Shown here: piece after piece, positions 26,801-39,640 of the stretch
Position numbering within the stretch: position 1 is the first letter of the stretch
How the letters are laid out: every line of letters begins with the position of its first letter
From: Octopus sinensis
Lineage: Eukaryota
Assembly: GCF_006345805.1 (NCBI RefSeq)
Contig: NC_043002.1
Coordinates: 21,204,001-21,268,000 of the forward strand
Reading direction: 5' to 3'
DNA: 64,000 bases
Translations under genes and position numbers: made by a program
The notes under the pieces: model-generated
Databases searched by the model: none
Seen by the model: the letters and a program-made list of their open reading frames with translations, nothing else
Told to the model about the DNA's origin: nothing

Positions 26801-28574
26801 GTCTATCACATGTATGTTAACCTCTGTGACCGTTCATCTATCTATTATTCTCCCTTGTCTTTTATACTGTTTGTCTTTATATAATCTGAGCTTACTCAAA
26901 GCTTGACTGATTAGCAATCAAGAACATTTAATTTGACAGCATTTTTTGCAGATGTCTCTTGATGAATTTGATGTGTAAACGACCATGCGAAGAGAGGTGA
27001 CGAGAATGGCTTCTTTAGTACACTACACGGTCGATACAATAAATACGTGACCTTATCAAAAGGCTGCAATTGGTTGGGTTGGATATTGGCACACAATAGA
27101 GCAAGAGACAAACTGCGCCAATACCAACCAATCAGAGTAGTGGATACAACAGTGTCCAAAAGGGCTGCCAAAGGCTAGCTGTTATCTACTACATCCATAT
27201 TTCTGTATATATAACAGAGAGAGAGAGGAATTTCCCTAAGCGTACACTACAGATGAGTAGTTGTACATCATTAGTTAGTTTTGTTTTTTTAAGAGTCACT
27301 CAATTTGAAAGATCCTGTTTTTATTTACGAGAATAACCCAAACTGAGGGGAAAAAAACTGGGATGAATTTGAAGCAAAGTTCTGCTACATCTCTTTTCAG
27401 AATTGATAAACACATTACCAGTCAAGGTTACTGGAATAAGGAAATTGTTACTATGCTCAACAGAGTGCCTTGCAGAATCTATTTTGGCTCTGTGTGCTCA
27501 GAGTTCAAATCTCACATTGTTCACCATTATTGTAAAGTAGCTTCTGGGTGGAATCAGAAAATATTCCCACACTGCACTGAATTCAAAATTATTTATGTTC
27601 CTTTTGAGAAGCAATGCATAAATTCTGCAAAATGCTTAATAGGTAACTACGATGACAACGACAATGATGATGATGATGATGATTGTATTCTGGTATAATA
27701 TGTTTTATTTTGTTATATATACCATAAATTGTTTTTTTAATCAGTCTACATATTGTTTTAAGCTATATCACGTTAAACCTAGTTAATGGAGCATTTCTAT
27801 GAATTCCTGCTTTACAAAGTATTCTTTATGCATTTCAACATATGTTCATATGCATATGTGTGTGTATACATACATGCATGCATACATACATACTTACACC
27901 CACACACACACTCACACACACATACATACATATATGTACATCAATAAAGTGATTGAGGGTAAAATTACGAACAAGCCACCCTTATTATTTATGCATATAA
28001 ATATATATGTATGTATATGTATATTATTTATTAAAAAATGTGATATTAAGTATATGTGTATCTTGTGTTTCTTTTGTTCATAGATTTTCTTGTTTTCCTT
28101 TACTTTCGTTTCTCGACATGAAATTGAAGACAGCAGTGTTGAAAGTACCCGAGTGAATATCATCTTTCAGATTTTCACTATATCCTTCTACATGGACCAA
28201 TGAAGAGGCCTCTATGTAGCTATGTGAGCTGCAAGAAGCATTTTTGACAATGGTTAAATTGTTATGTATAACATACATCACATGTCAGATAGACTGTTAT
28301 ATGTAATGCACGTCTAGATGGCCAGAGAGAGACAGAGAGAGACTGTTATATATAACACCCCATCACATGTTATCTAGACAGAAAACTAGACGTCCTTGAC
28401 CAATTAATAAGGTTGACCAACAGAGATGATAGGAGTTACTTTATCTGTCCCATAGCAGAAACTAATCCTTTTGATACCAAACTGCCTGAAACCAATCTTA
28501 GTTCCAGGAAAGAAACTTTTAATTATAGAGTGATTTAAATTAAAATATAGAGAATACCCTCCATCAGGTATTTG

Positions 28575-29050
28575 TTATATACTGAACGCCTTTTCTTCCC
28601 TGGGCATGGATACATTGAAACTCCAACGTCTGGCAGCTGAATTGGCAGACACCCATAAAATTATTTACCATCTTACAAACAATAGCACCTTTTCAAACTC
28701 CACCCATCTAACACCCGTGGACATATTTACAAAGTCAGAAAACAGCACAGCTCCCATGACTTTCGGAAACATTTTTTCACGCTAAGAGTTGCTGAAGCGT
28801 GGAACAAACTGCCGGCATCAGTTGTTAGTTGTTAGAGCACTGCATCCTTCAAAACTGCCATGCTTCCTGAGATTCGCCAACACTACACATGATTTTCTCC
28901 CCTCCATACACATGCAAGCATGTATCTGACTCATACACTGTTCACTTCCCAGACATTTGTACATTACTGCATATACTTTATACGCACTTTTGACAAGTTG
29001 TGGTGCACCTGAGCACTGTATATACAATAATTTCATTATTATTATTATTA
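28575..29050 (+). mobile_element. CR1-clade LINE 3' end with (ATT)n tail
   Basis: TRGHIYKVRKQ...FFTLRVAEAWNKLPASVV motif; second copy at 47421-47775 (-). Confidence 0.85.
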
Positions 29051-29131
29051 TTTAAAACCTTCCAGCAAAGCATTATGTTAATTTATGTTCTGAAAACTAG
29101 GTTAATAAGGACAAAGGTATTTTATTCAATA

Positions 29132-29417
29132 CTAGCAGTATCGCCCGGCGTTGCTCGGGTTTTTAAGGGAAATAACTATATAAGCATTTTTAGAGAGTTA
29201 CTTCCCTTATATAATAGCAAAAAATGCATTAAAAATGGGAAAAAATGATGGTAAATTTTTATTAAAATCATAGACTCCTCATAGACGCAGAAGGGCTTGA
29301 TATGAATCACGACAATAAGATACCCGCTTTTGGTTACACTGCACCACAAAATGTGGGAGTAGTTAGGAATCTAAATCGTAGGAGACAGACACACAACTTC
29401 ACTTTTATATATAAAGA
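29132..29417 (-). mobile_element. Non-autonomous Helitron
   Basis: A|TC...cccgagcaacgccggg hairpin...CTAG|T on the minus strand; homolog at 59088-59487. Confidence 0.8.
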
Positions 29418-29653
29418 TTTCATCATTTTAAAAATGATTTGAAAGAAAGGCAGTGAATTTCAATGAAAGGCAGTGAATTCCACTTGTAGTTATAGCTGAC
29501 TTGATAATTTTACAATATTCTTTGAGTTGAAGAATCAAATATTTTGTGGTAATTTTAGCTAAATATCTTTATGTCCTATGTTCAAATCCTTGCAGAAGTT
29601 GACAAAGGTAACTAACAAATACTCATTAAGAAAAAGTGAAGGAAACAATTAAG

Positions 29654-30030
29654 TAACAAGAGAACTCAGAGAGAGCAAACCTCCACCAAGGCAACACCAA
29701 CATTCTCTGAACGATTAGCTAGAGATTTTTAAAGTGAAAATATCTGAAATAAACTCGACTGCGACTGCTCTCACAAATGAGAATACTAAAAATGAACCCA
29801 ACTCCTCTCAAAAATTAATTAAAAAAAAATAAACAGAAAAATAATCCAGAATCCTTGTCTGGTACTGAATTGATCCCAAAATCTAATCAGTTTGTGCCAG
29901 TCACAAGGCCAGACATCCCTGAAAGTTTCATTGGAATCTATTCAGTGGTTCTTGGGATATTTTGTGCACGGACAAACAAACAAACATGACTGAAAACAAT
30001 ACCTCCACCTTAGCAAGGGCAGAGATAATT
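29654..30030 (+). mobile_element. Helentron/HINE-like non-autonomous element
   Basis: taacaag...aaacctccacc start, acaaacaaac microsatellite, subterminal aatacctccacc plus 3' stem-loop. Confidence 0.45.
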
Positions 30031-30316
30031 AATTGGTTCAGGAAGTGGAGTGACTGATGTTTTGGACAGACCTTCTTTAGAGTTGAGAAAACTTGGAGAA
30101 AACGGGCTGACAAATGAGTTTTATATCCCCTATATTTGAGTAACTAGTTGTAACTGATAAGGAACGCAAAACATCAGAGTACATATGTAGGTGACAGGTA
30201 GCAGGAGATAATGACTAGGTGAGAAGAAAAGAGATATAAAAAGAGCAAGAGAAACTAGCAAGCATGGAGGTAAAAATACTTAAATACATCCCTTCCCCAC
30301 CAAATTTGTGATCCTT

Positions 30317-30354
<38 letters not shown>

Positions 30355-30356
<2 letters not shown>

Positions 30357-30636
30357 CTGTCCCTTCTTGAGCCATGCCTGGTTTCCCAGTTGCCTTGGTG
30401 TATAGGTTCCCCACCTGGACGAGACACTGGTCCGTTGCAGGTGAGCTGCATGATGCAGGAGGAAAGAGTGAGAGAAAGTTGTGGTGAAAGAGTCAACAGA
30501 AGTTCGCCATTACCTTCTGCCAGAGCTGTGTAGAGCTTAGGTGTTTCGCTCATAAACACACATTGCCTGGTCTGAGATTCGAACCTACAATCCCTCGACC
30601 ACAAGTCCACTGCTCTAACCACTAGGCCATGTGCCT

Positions 30637-30638
<2 letters not shown>
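30355..30638 (-). mobile_element. tRNA-derived SINE family D
   Basis: A-box-like tggcctagtgg and B-box-like ggttcgaatctc; copies at 34472-34768 and 50770-51133 (-). Confidence 0.75.
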
Positions 30639-30710
<72 letters not shown>

Positions 30711-31420
30711 TAGATTTATTATATATGAAATATATCATATAGAACATACGCATACATATATTTCCATGTTAGAAAATGCAGAGCAAATACTTTTCATGTA
30801 AAGCACAAAATGTAAACATTTATAAGGATGCAGACACACATGATAGGCTATTTGTGTTGTGTGTGTGATTGCAAATGGCTAAGCAGTTACTACGTTGCTC
30901 TCATGATTGTGAAATCATGGTCTTTGATTCTCAGATTGGATGTTGCTTTGTATTCTTGAGCAAAACACTCCTTTTCATGTTGCTCTGTGACCATTTTGTT
31001 TTCTGAACATGTGACACATCATGTGACTGTTGAGGTAATGTTGATTTCATGGAGGAAGTGAGCTTATGTGAATACAAACATTTGATCACTATAAACAAAT
31101 CAACTGCGTGGTTGTTCAGCAAGAGATTGCAGAACCCAACCCTCATGTCATATGATACTGTACCAAGAACTACTACATATGTATAAATATATATATATAT
31201 AGTAGTAGCAGAAAGGAGGAATTTCGATTATCCCTACATGGTGAGTTGTAATGTATATAAGAAATTAAAAAAGGAAAATACACACACTTACAATACGCAC
31301 ATTTAATATAATTTTGAATATATCGACCGGTTTTGCTATTGCTATTCATGATACTATGTATTTTTTCTTAAGAAGAAATTTTGTCCATGTGTGTGATGAT
31401 ATTCAAGAGTGTTATATATA

Positions 31421-31458
<38 letters not shown>

Positions 31459-33419
31459 CAGAAACACTGGTCATAGAACAACCATTAAATTCGAGTCAAC
31501 GATTTTATATACAACACTATACCGCAAACATTTAATTATATATAAATATCACCATGGGTCTTAAATATATAAAAAAATATATATATATATACATAAAAAC
31601 ACAGAAGGTAAAAATATATTTGTGAATAAAATACAAATACAACGGCCTATTAAAAAGGTATATATAAACAACTAAAAAAATCATATAAATTCTAAAGTGT
31701 GCCATACTACCAAAAAACTAATACACTAAAATAAAATAAAATATCAAACGACTAAAAATGTTTTATTAAACGATTAAAAAAAAAAAATATATATATATAT
31801 GTTTGTGTGTGTGCATATGTGTGTGTGTGTGTGTGTGTGTGTGTACATATATACATATGTACATATATATATATTATCATCATCATCGTTTAATGTCCAT
31901 TTTCCATGCTGGCATGGGTGGGGCAGTTTGACAAGAGCCAGCCAGGAAGAAGCCACATGGTTCAGTGGTTAGAGAATTAAACTTATGAGTTCGAGGTTGT
32001 GAGTTCAAATCCCGGACCGGGCAGCGTGTTGTGTTCTTGAGCAAGACACTTTATTTCACGTTGCTCCAGTTCACTCAGCTGTGGAAATGAGTTGCGACGT
32101 CACTGGTGCCAAGCTGCATCGGCCCTTGCCTTTCCGTTGGATAACACTGGTGGTGTGGAGAGGGGAGACCGGTATGCATGGGTGACTGCTGGTCTTCCAT
32201 AAAACAACCTTGCCCGGACTAAAGCCTGGGAGGGTAACTTTCTGGGTGCAATCCCATGGTCAGTCATGACTAAAGGGAGTCTCAGCATATATTTCTGTAT
32301 GTGTACGTTTGTGTGTATGTTTGTATGTATGTATGAACGTACGTATGTGTGCATGTGCAATCTTTATATCCTATTAAAAAAAAAAAAATTAAAGGTGGCG
32401 AGCTGGCAGAAACATTAGCACACCAGGCGAAATGCTTTGCGGTATTTCATCTGCTGATACGTTCTGGGTTCAAATTCCGCTGAGGTCGACTTAGTCTTTC
32501 ATCCTTTCGGGGTCGATAAATTAAGTACCAGTTGCATACTGGGGTCGATGTAATCAACTTAATGTGTTTGTCTGTCCTTGTTTGTCCCTTCTATGTTTAG
32601 CCCCTTGTGGGCAATAAAGAAATAAGAAGCCTGCACTAGACTTCTGTAACTGTTTTGGCAGGATTTTTACAGCTGAATGCCCTTCCTAACACTAAGTCCA
32701 ATCAGCAGAGTGGACTTGGTGCTTTTTATGTGAACTTAATGCTTTTATTTTACATGGCACAAGCTTTTTATGATATATATATATATATATATACAATAAG
32801 AGTCTTCCAAATAGGAAAGCGTTGTGCTAGAAAGAGCACTAGAAATCTCAAGACCACAAAAAAGGATAAATTCACAAAAGGAATGAAAATTAAAAACGTT
32901 TACCATCTCAAGCCTCTTATTGTATTTCTATATGAATAATATATAGTCTAAAGACTAATTCGTTTTTTGTGCTAGGCCACTGGTAATAATAATTTATTAC
33001 TACCCTATTTTATTATGTTTAAATATATATATATATATATATATATACAAATACACACACATATACACGCCCATACACCCACACATGCAAATATATATAC
33101 CTGTACGGTTACCTGATGATTACAAATACCATTGACAAAAAATAATAAATAATTGAAAAGAAAGTTGATGTTTTGCATATGCATGTGTACATATATATAC
33201 ACACACACACACTCTTTATTTTTCATTGGTGGACAGTTACAAAAGTTACAAAAAAAATACAAAAATAAAAATAAAAATAGAAAATTAAAATGCATATGTG
33301 TGGAGTGTATGCATGTTAGTATATATGTAGGTATGTATGTATGTGTGTGTATGTATGTGTACATATATATATATTTGCATATCAGTTTTGGTATAGTGTT
33401 TTATTTTTTTTATTTCTCA

Positions 33420-33425
33420 TTTATT
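33420..33425 (-). promoter_or_regulatory. Candidate KMO polyadenylation signal AATAAA
   Basis: tttatt on plus strand about 50 nt after the KMO stop; usage not demonstrated. Confidence 0.45.
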
Positions 33426-33474
33426 GTAATATTTGTCATTTGATGCCGGTGGTGGAATGTGTTGTCATGTGAGT

Positions 33475-33585
33475 TTAAAAGGGCAGTGTGTCCTGTATGA
33501 AGTGGAGTATATGTTCCTGGAGCATCCATGTACAGGTACCAAAGCAGGTGACCATAGTGAGTAACTTCCCAGTCTTCAGCAGCAA
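33475..33585 (-). CDS. KMO: KMO terminal coding exon (hydrophobic C-terminal anchor): LLLKTGKLLTMVTCFGTCTWMLQEHILHFIQDTLPF*
   Basis: tttcttccatttccag acceptor, phase 0, TAA at 33477-33475; position and hydrophobicity match the KMO C-terminal membrane segment. Confidence 0.85.
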   Translation of the reverse strand: MLLKTGKLLTMVTCFGTCTWMLQEHILHFIQDTLPF

Positions 33586-35096
33586 CTGGAAATGGAAGAA
33601 AAAGAAATATATATATAAAGAGAAAATATTATTACCGTTGTGTGTTTTTGTAGGAAAATAGCAATTGCAACTTCATTCTCCTCCTCCTCCTCCTCATCAT
33701 CATCATCATCACCACCACCACCACCACCACCACCACCACCATTTTTGCCTTCACTATGTGGTAGTTGTGGTCATTGTCTTCCTCCTCCTTATCATCATCA
33801 CCACCGTCATCATATGCTTCATCATTGTCATCACCGCCAACGTTATCATTGTCATAATCTTCTTCATCATCTTCATCCACATCACGTTCATTATCCTCCT
33901 CCTCATCATCATCATCACCACCACCACAACCACCGCCGCCGCCATCATCATCATAGTCACCATCGTCATCATCTTCATCATTATCATCATTGCTAATCAC
34001 CAACAGATGTGCAACACAATTTCACATGCAAATCACAATCTGCCCACCCCCCAACACACACACACACAAACAATGGACAAAGGACTAACACTTGCTCAAA
34101 TACACACATACACCATTCACAAATATTTACACGTGGCACAAGTAAGCTGTTCTGCTTTGCAGCTTCACTCCCTCAACCATAGAATCTCCAGTTCTGTCTC
34201 TCAGCACAGTAATAGCAAACGGCTTCAACCAGAGTCTCACAATGGCAAACACCTTGTGAGTGAAAGTTGCTCTGTAGAAGTGGTTAGGGTATTTGGATCA
34301 TGATTGTAAGGTCCTAAGTTCAATACCTGGTGATACATTGTGTCCTTGGGCAAGACATTTTATTTCCTGTTGCTCCAGTCCATTCAGCTTGCCAAAAATG
34401 AGTAGTACCTGTATTTCAAAGGGCCAGCCTTGTCACATTCTCTATGGTAGTGAATCTCCCTGAGAACTAATTTGTTCCTTTTCAAGCCATACCTGGCTCA
34501 TAAGAACTGGTTTCCTAGTTTCCATGGCGTATAGGTTCCCCACCTGGATGGGACGCCGGTCTATCGCAGGTGAGCTGCAAGATGCAGTAGGAAAGAGTGA
34601 AAGTTCTGGCGAAAGAGTCAGCAGAAGTTCGCCATTACCTTCTACCAGAGCCACGTGGAGCTTAGGTGTTTCGCTCATAAACACACACATCGCCCAGTCT
34701 AAGGTTTGAACCTGCAATCCCTTGACTGCGAGTTCGGTGCTCTAACCACTAGGTCTTGTGCCTCCACTGAGAACTAATTTAAGGGAATGTGTGTCTGCAG
34801 AGTGCTCAGCCATTAGCATGTCATTTCAAGTGCTGGTTATTCTGTTGATTAGCCACTCCTCGTAACTGGCATACTGCAAAATTTCTTTAGTTTTTATAGA
34901 AACTGTCTAAACCACTGAGATAAATTGTGTGTGTATGTGTGTGTGTGTAAGCTTGCTTAGCAACCACATGGTTCCGGGTTCAGTCCCACTGTGTGGAACC
35001 TTGGGCAAGTGTCTTCTACTATAGCCTCAGGCCGACCAAAGCCTTGTGAGTGGATTTGGTAGATGGAAACTGAAAGAAGCCCGTCGTATATGTGTG

Positions 35097-35163
<67 letters not shown>

Positions 35164-35397
35164 TATTTATGTGTTTGTGTGTCTGTGCTTGACCCTCCAA
35201 CGTCGCTTGATGTATTTACGTCCCCGTAAGTTAGTGCTTCGGCAAAAGAGACCGATAGAATAAGTACTAGGCTTACAAAGAATAAGTCCTGGGGTCAATT
35301 TGCTTGACTAAAGGAGATGCTCCAGCATGGCCGCAGTCAAATGACTGAAACAGGTAAAAGAATAAAAGAAAAGAAAAGGAGAGAAAGAGAGAGAGAG

Positions 35398-35432
<35 letters not shown>

Positions 35433-36315
35433 GTGTATGTGTCTGTGTCTGTAGATCATCATCATCATTATTGTCATCAGTTAACGTCCGTTTATCATGC
35501 TGGCATGGGTTGGGGTCTGGGAAGCCAGGAGGCTGCACCAGGCCCCAATCTGATCTGGCAATGTTTCTACAGCTGAATGCCCTTCCTAACGCCAACCACT
35601 CCATGAGTGTAGTGGGTGCTTTTTATGTGCCACCGGCACAGGTGCCAGACGAGTCTCCATAAATGCCTTCATGTATAACATTGTTGAAAACTCAATGTCT
35701 TTGTTAATGCCTGTAATTTCTGTATGTAGTTTAATGCATATGCATAATGGTGAAATGGTTAAGAGCTTTACTTTTCAACCACAACATCCCAGGTTCAATT
35801 CCAGTGCATGGCATCTTGGGAAAATTTCATTTTTGATAGTTTTTGTGCAAACAGGACTATGTGATTATGCAAAAACGTTTATATAGTGTTTGTGTATGTG
35901 TATTTGTATATGTATGTGCGTTAGACTGTATGCATATATATGCATGCTTCTGCATGCGTGTGAACTTCACCATATATCTGTGTATGTGCACAACAGTGTA
36001 CATCTTTGGCTGCAGTGTAAATATATGCATGTATTAGCGTACATGTCTGTGTGCACCAGCATACATGTGTGTATACATCAATGTGCATGTGCATGCACCA
36101 TTTCACCTACTTATGCATATTTATGTGCACATGTGCAACTGTTCATATGTGTGCATGCATATGCATATATGTGTGTGTGCATGTATTGGAGCATGTGCAA
36201 ATGTATGGGAGCATGTATATGCACATGCATGCATATATGTGTATATGTATACATATGCATTTATGTATGCATATGTGTGTATATGCTTGCATGAAATGAA
36301 AGTGCATTTTCTCAC

Positions 36316-36375
36316 CTGGTCCTGCCATTTCTTCTTAGCAATACATTCATGGTAACGAATTCTGGAAAAGCTGAC
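36316..36375 (-). CDS. KMO: KMO exon: VSFSRIRYHECIAKKKWQDQ
   Basis: atatttgcag acceptor, cag|gtgaga donor; matches VTFSRIRYHEAVQRWHWQ. Confidence 0.95.
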
Positions 36376-36625
36376 CTGCAAATATAATTAATTATATGAT
36401 TAATAGAGAAATTAATTTTTTATAATCAGCTTTGGTTTCTGGGAGTCAAGGTTTCACTTCTCATGTTAGCTGAGGCGCATGGACATGAAAGACTATGGCT
36501 AAATAGCGTAAGCAGAGGAAGTATTTAGAAATGGAAGAAGAAGAAGAAGTATAATTGTCAGGAATGGTTGCAATGTGTGCACACAATATAATATTTATAG
36601 ATATGTATAATACATCATATTCATG

Positions 36626-36669
<44 letters not shown>

Positions 36670-36687
36670 GTTATATATGTATATATA

Positions 36688-36744
<57 letters not shown>

Positions 36745-36755
<11 letters not shown>

Positions 36756-37745
36756 ACGGGAAGCTTTATGAAAATAAACAAAAGACGAAGGCAGGTGGAA
36801 AACAAACGAACAATTGTATTAGTATGGCGCTCAGGAACTATAAATAAAACAAGTCTTTAACGTTTCGAGCCTACGCTCTTCAACAGAAAGATACACAGAG
36901 AGAGAAAAACACAGAAAGAAGGAGAGAAAAAAAATGCATGCAGTAGCTAACGAATCAACATGGCGATCTGATTTCGGCCAGAGGTCAAAGATCAAACATG
37001 AGACGCGAGAGCGAAATAAGGGGAGATAATAGGGTTGATAAAAGGGTTGAGGGACCAGCTAAAAGTGCATGGGAGGGGTCTGGATGTGTGTATGTATAGG
37101 GTTGGTGTATGTATTAGTATGTATAAGGGTGTGTGTGTGTTGTGTGTGTGTGTGTGTGTGTGTATGAGAGAGTATTAGTGCGTAAGATTGGTCTGGACAT
37201 GCGTATGTATGGGGTTGGTGTATGTATTAGTATGTATTAGTATGTATAGTACGTATTTGTATGTATAGGTATGTGTGTGTGTGTGTGAGAGAGTATAAGT
37301 GCGTATGCGGGGTCTGGACGTGTGTATGTATAGGGTTGGTGTAAGTATTAGTATGTACTAGTATGTATTAGTACGTATTAGTATGTATTAGTTGGTGTGT
37401 GTATTAGTATGGCACATCATATGTGATGTGATGTGTAAAGTCATGTGTGGTAGTGAGGAGAAGAGGGGGAGGGGAGAAGAGGGGGGAGAGAAGGGGAGGG
37501 GAAGAAGAGGGGGAGGAGAAGGGGGAAGAGGAGAGGATGGGGAGAAGGAAGGGGAGGAGGGGGATGAAGGAGGAAAGAGGGAGAGGGGGAGAGAGGGAGT
37601 GAGGGAGCAGAGGGAAGGGGAAGAGGGAGGGAGAAAGAGGGAAGAAGGGAAGGGGAGTAGGGGTGAAAGGATGAAGGACTGAAGAAGTAGGGGTCGGGCG
37701 GAGAAAGAGCGAAGAGAGAAGATTAATTCCTGTTCACGGCGCAAT
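36745..37745 (-). mobile_element. Penelope-like element 3' fragment (GIY-YIG C-terminus, CT-rich UTR, hammerhead-like motif)
   Basis: LRREQELIFSLRSF resembles the PLE endonuclease end (R..EQ.LIF.L.TL.P.GLN); terminal part recurs at 51900-52070 and 57860-58030 (+). Confidence 0.65.
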
Positions 37746-37839
37746 ATATATATGTATATATATATATATATATATATAGATATATATGTGTGTAGAAGGT
37801 TGAAAAGGAACACACGAGTTGATATGTATAAGGTAAAAA

Positions 37840-38168
37840 AAGTCAAGATAGAAAATGCTAAAATAATTTTATCATAAAAAACATTTCAGTACCAGTTTCA
37901 GTCATTGAGACTTTTTCAACTCTAAGTATGGAAAACAATTAAATTTTGGAAAAATTAAATGAAAAGCTTTTTAAAAGAATATTTGCTTAGTATTCAAATA
38001 CAAGTGGAATTTTCCTTGTTTCTGCTTGTCTCTGTCTCTCTTTTTTACTCTCGTGGGTTCGAGGTCATTGTGAATTCTTAGAGTTGAAAAAGTCTCAATG
38101 ACTGAAACCAGTACTAAAATGTTTTTTATGGTAAAACTATTTTAGTATTTTCTCCCTTGACTTATTTT

Positions 38169-38209
<41 letters not shown>

Positions 38210-38325
38210 TTTTATGATAAAATTATTTTAGTATTTTCTACCTTGACTTATTTTCCCTATATATATAGGGAAGAAAATACTAAAATAATTTTATCATAAA
38301 AAACATAGTACTGGTTTCAGTCATA
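37840..38325. mobile_element. Inverted-repeat element (87-bp arms plus a 35-bp perfect IR) carrying hammerhead-like cores
   Basis: 37840-37926 vs 38077-38163; 38205-38239 vs 38272-38306. Confidence 0.75.
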
Positions 38326-38453
38326 TATATATATATTTATATACATACATACATATATCTATAAATATATATATATACATATGTATACCCACACACACTC
38401 ACATATAAGTATATAGATATAGATATAGATAGATAGATATTTAAAAGTTTTAC

Positions 38454-38555
38454 CATTGAGTAGAGTGGAATCCAGTGATGGGGGAACAGTTTATTGAGAA
38501 AGCTGTCCACAAGTTTCCTCACCAGAAAAAATTTAGAATTCACCAAAGACCGCAT
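38454..38555 (-). CDS. KMO: KMO exon: MRSLVNSKFFLVRKLVDSFLNKLFPHHWIPLYSM
   Basis: cttttatggacag acceptor, atg|gtaaaa donor; matches MRAHVNSSWFIFQK...FIPLYTM. Confidence 0.95.
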
Positions 38556-39557
38556 CTGTCCATAAAAGAAAAAAAACGTTATAAGAACACAACATCAGAG
38601 AAGTAGTGGATGAAGGTCTCGTAAATATCATTATAACATAAAGTGAAATATTCTTTAAAAAAAAATAACTAAAAAGAATAATAAATATTCAAAACGTATG
38701 AGTTTAGATCTTAATATTTATTATCATATAGCATGTCATTAAGCTTAAAGGTTTTTCGTCGTCTTTTACGTTCTGAATTCAAATTCCGCCGAGGTCAATT
38801 TTGACTTTTATCCTTTCAGGGTCGAGAAAATAAGAACCAGTCATGCACTGGAGTCAATGCAACCGACTAAACACCACCCCCAAAATTGCTGGCCTTGTGC
38901 CAAAATTTGAAACCAATATTTAATATTCTTTTCCACTCTAGGCACAAAGCCCGAAATTTTGGGGGAGAGGGCTAGCCGACTATATCAACCCCAGTATGCA
39001 ACTGGTACTTAATTTATCGTCCCCGCATGAAAGGTAAAGTTGACTTCGGCAGAATTTAAACTTGGAACATGAATACAGTCAAACTAATATTTAATATTAT
39101 ATAAGGCGGCGAGCTGTCAGAATCATCACTGCTTAGCGGCATTTCATCCGTCTTTACATTCTAAGTTCAAATTCCACCGAGGTCGACTTTGCTTTTCATC
39201 CTTTCGGGGTCGATAAAATAAGCAGTAACTGAGTGCTGGGGATGATGTAATTGACTTATAGCAGTAGCACCACCAAATTGCTGGCCTTGCATCATGGTGA
39301 TGTATACATCATATTTAAGTGTTTCTATGTACACACGAATGTGGAATAATGTCCACATGTAACGTATAATTATGCTAGGACATATACTGTCTCCACAGTG
39401 CATATGACTAAGTTCGATCATCTGGAATGTTTTCTTATAAAATATAAAAGGACATAAGGCTATGATCACGTGGTACATACAACTATATTTGCGGGGAGAG
39501 AAAGAGAGGGAGAGAGAAAGAGCATCAAAAGGTAGAGGAGTGATGAAACAGACTTAC

Positions 39558-39640
39558 CTCAACATAATTATACATGGCTAAATCACAAATGGACACAGCG
39601 TCAACATGACGAAACTCAGTGTATTTTGGTAACGCTTCTT
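39558..39640 (-). CDS. KMO: KMO exon: EALPKYTEFRHVDAVSICDLAMYNYVE
   Basis: ttctttttcttcttaaatctttgcag acceptor, gag|gtaagt donor; matches [25 protein letters not shown]. Confidence 0.95.

Noticed and set aside
26911-27171. 86-aa minus-strand ORF and overlapping 60-aa plus-strand frame
   Set aside because: No usable splice sites, no recognisable family, and no partner exons
28078-28281. 67-aa minus-strand ORF as an alternative KMO terminal exon
   Set aside because: KMO already has a phase-correct hydrophobic terminal exon at 33475-33585; this peptide is hydrophilic and has no good acceptor in frame
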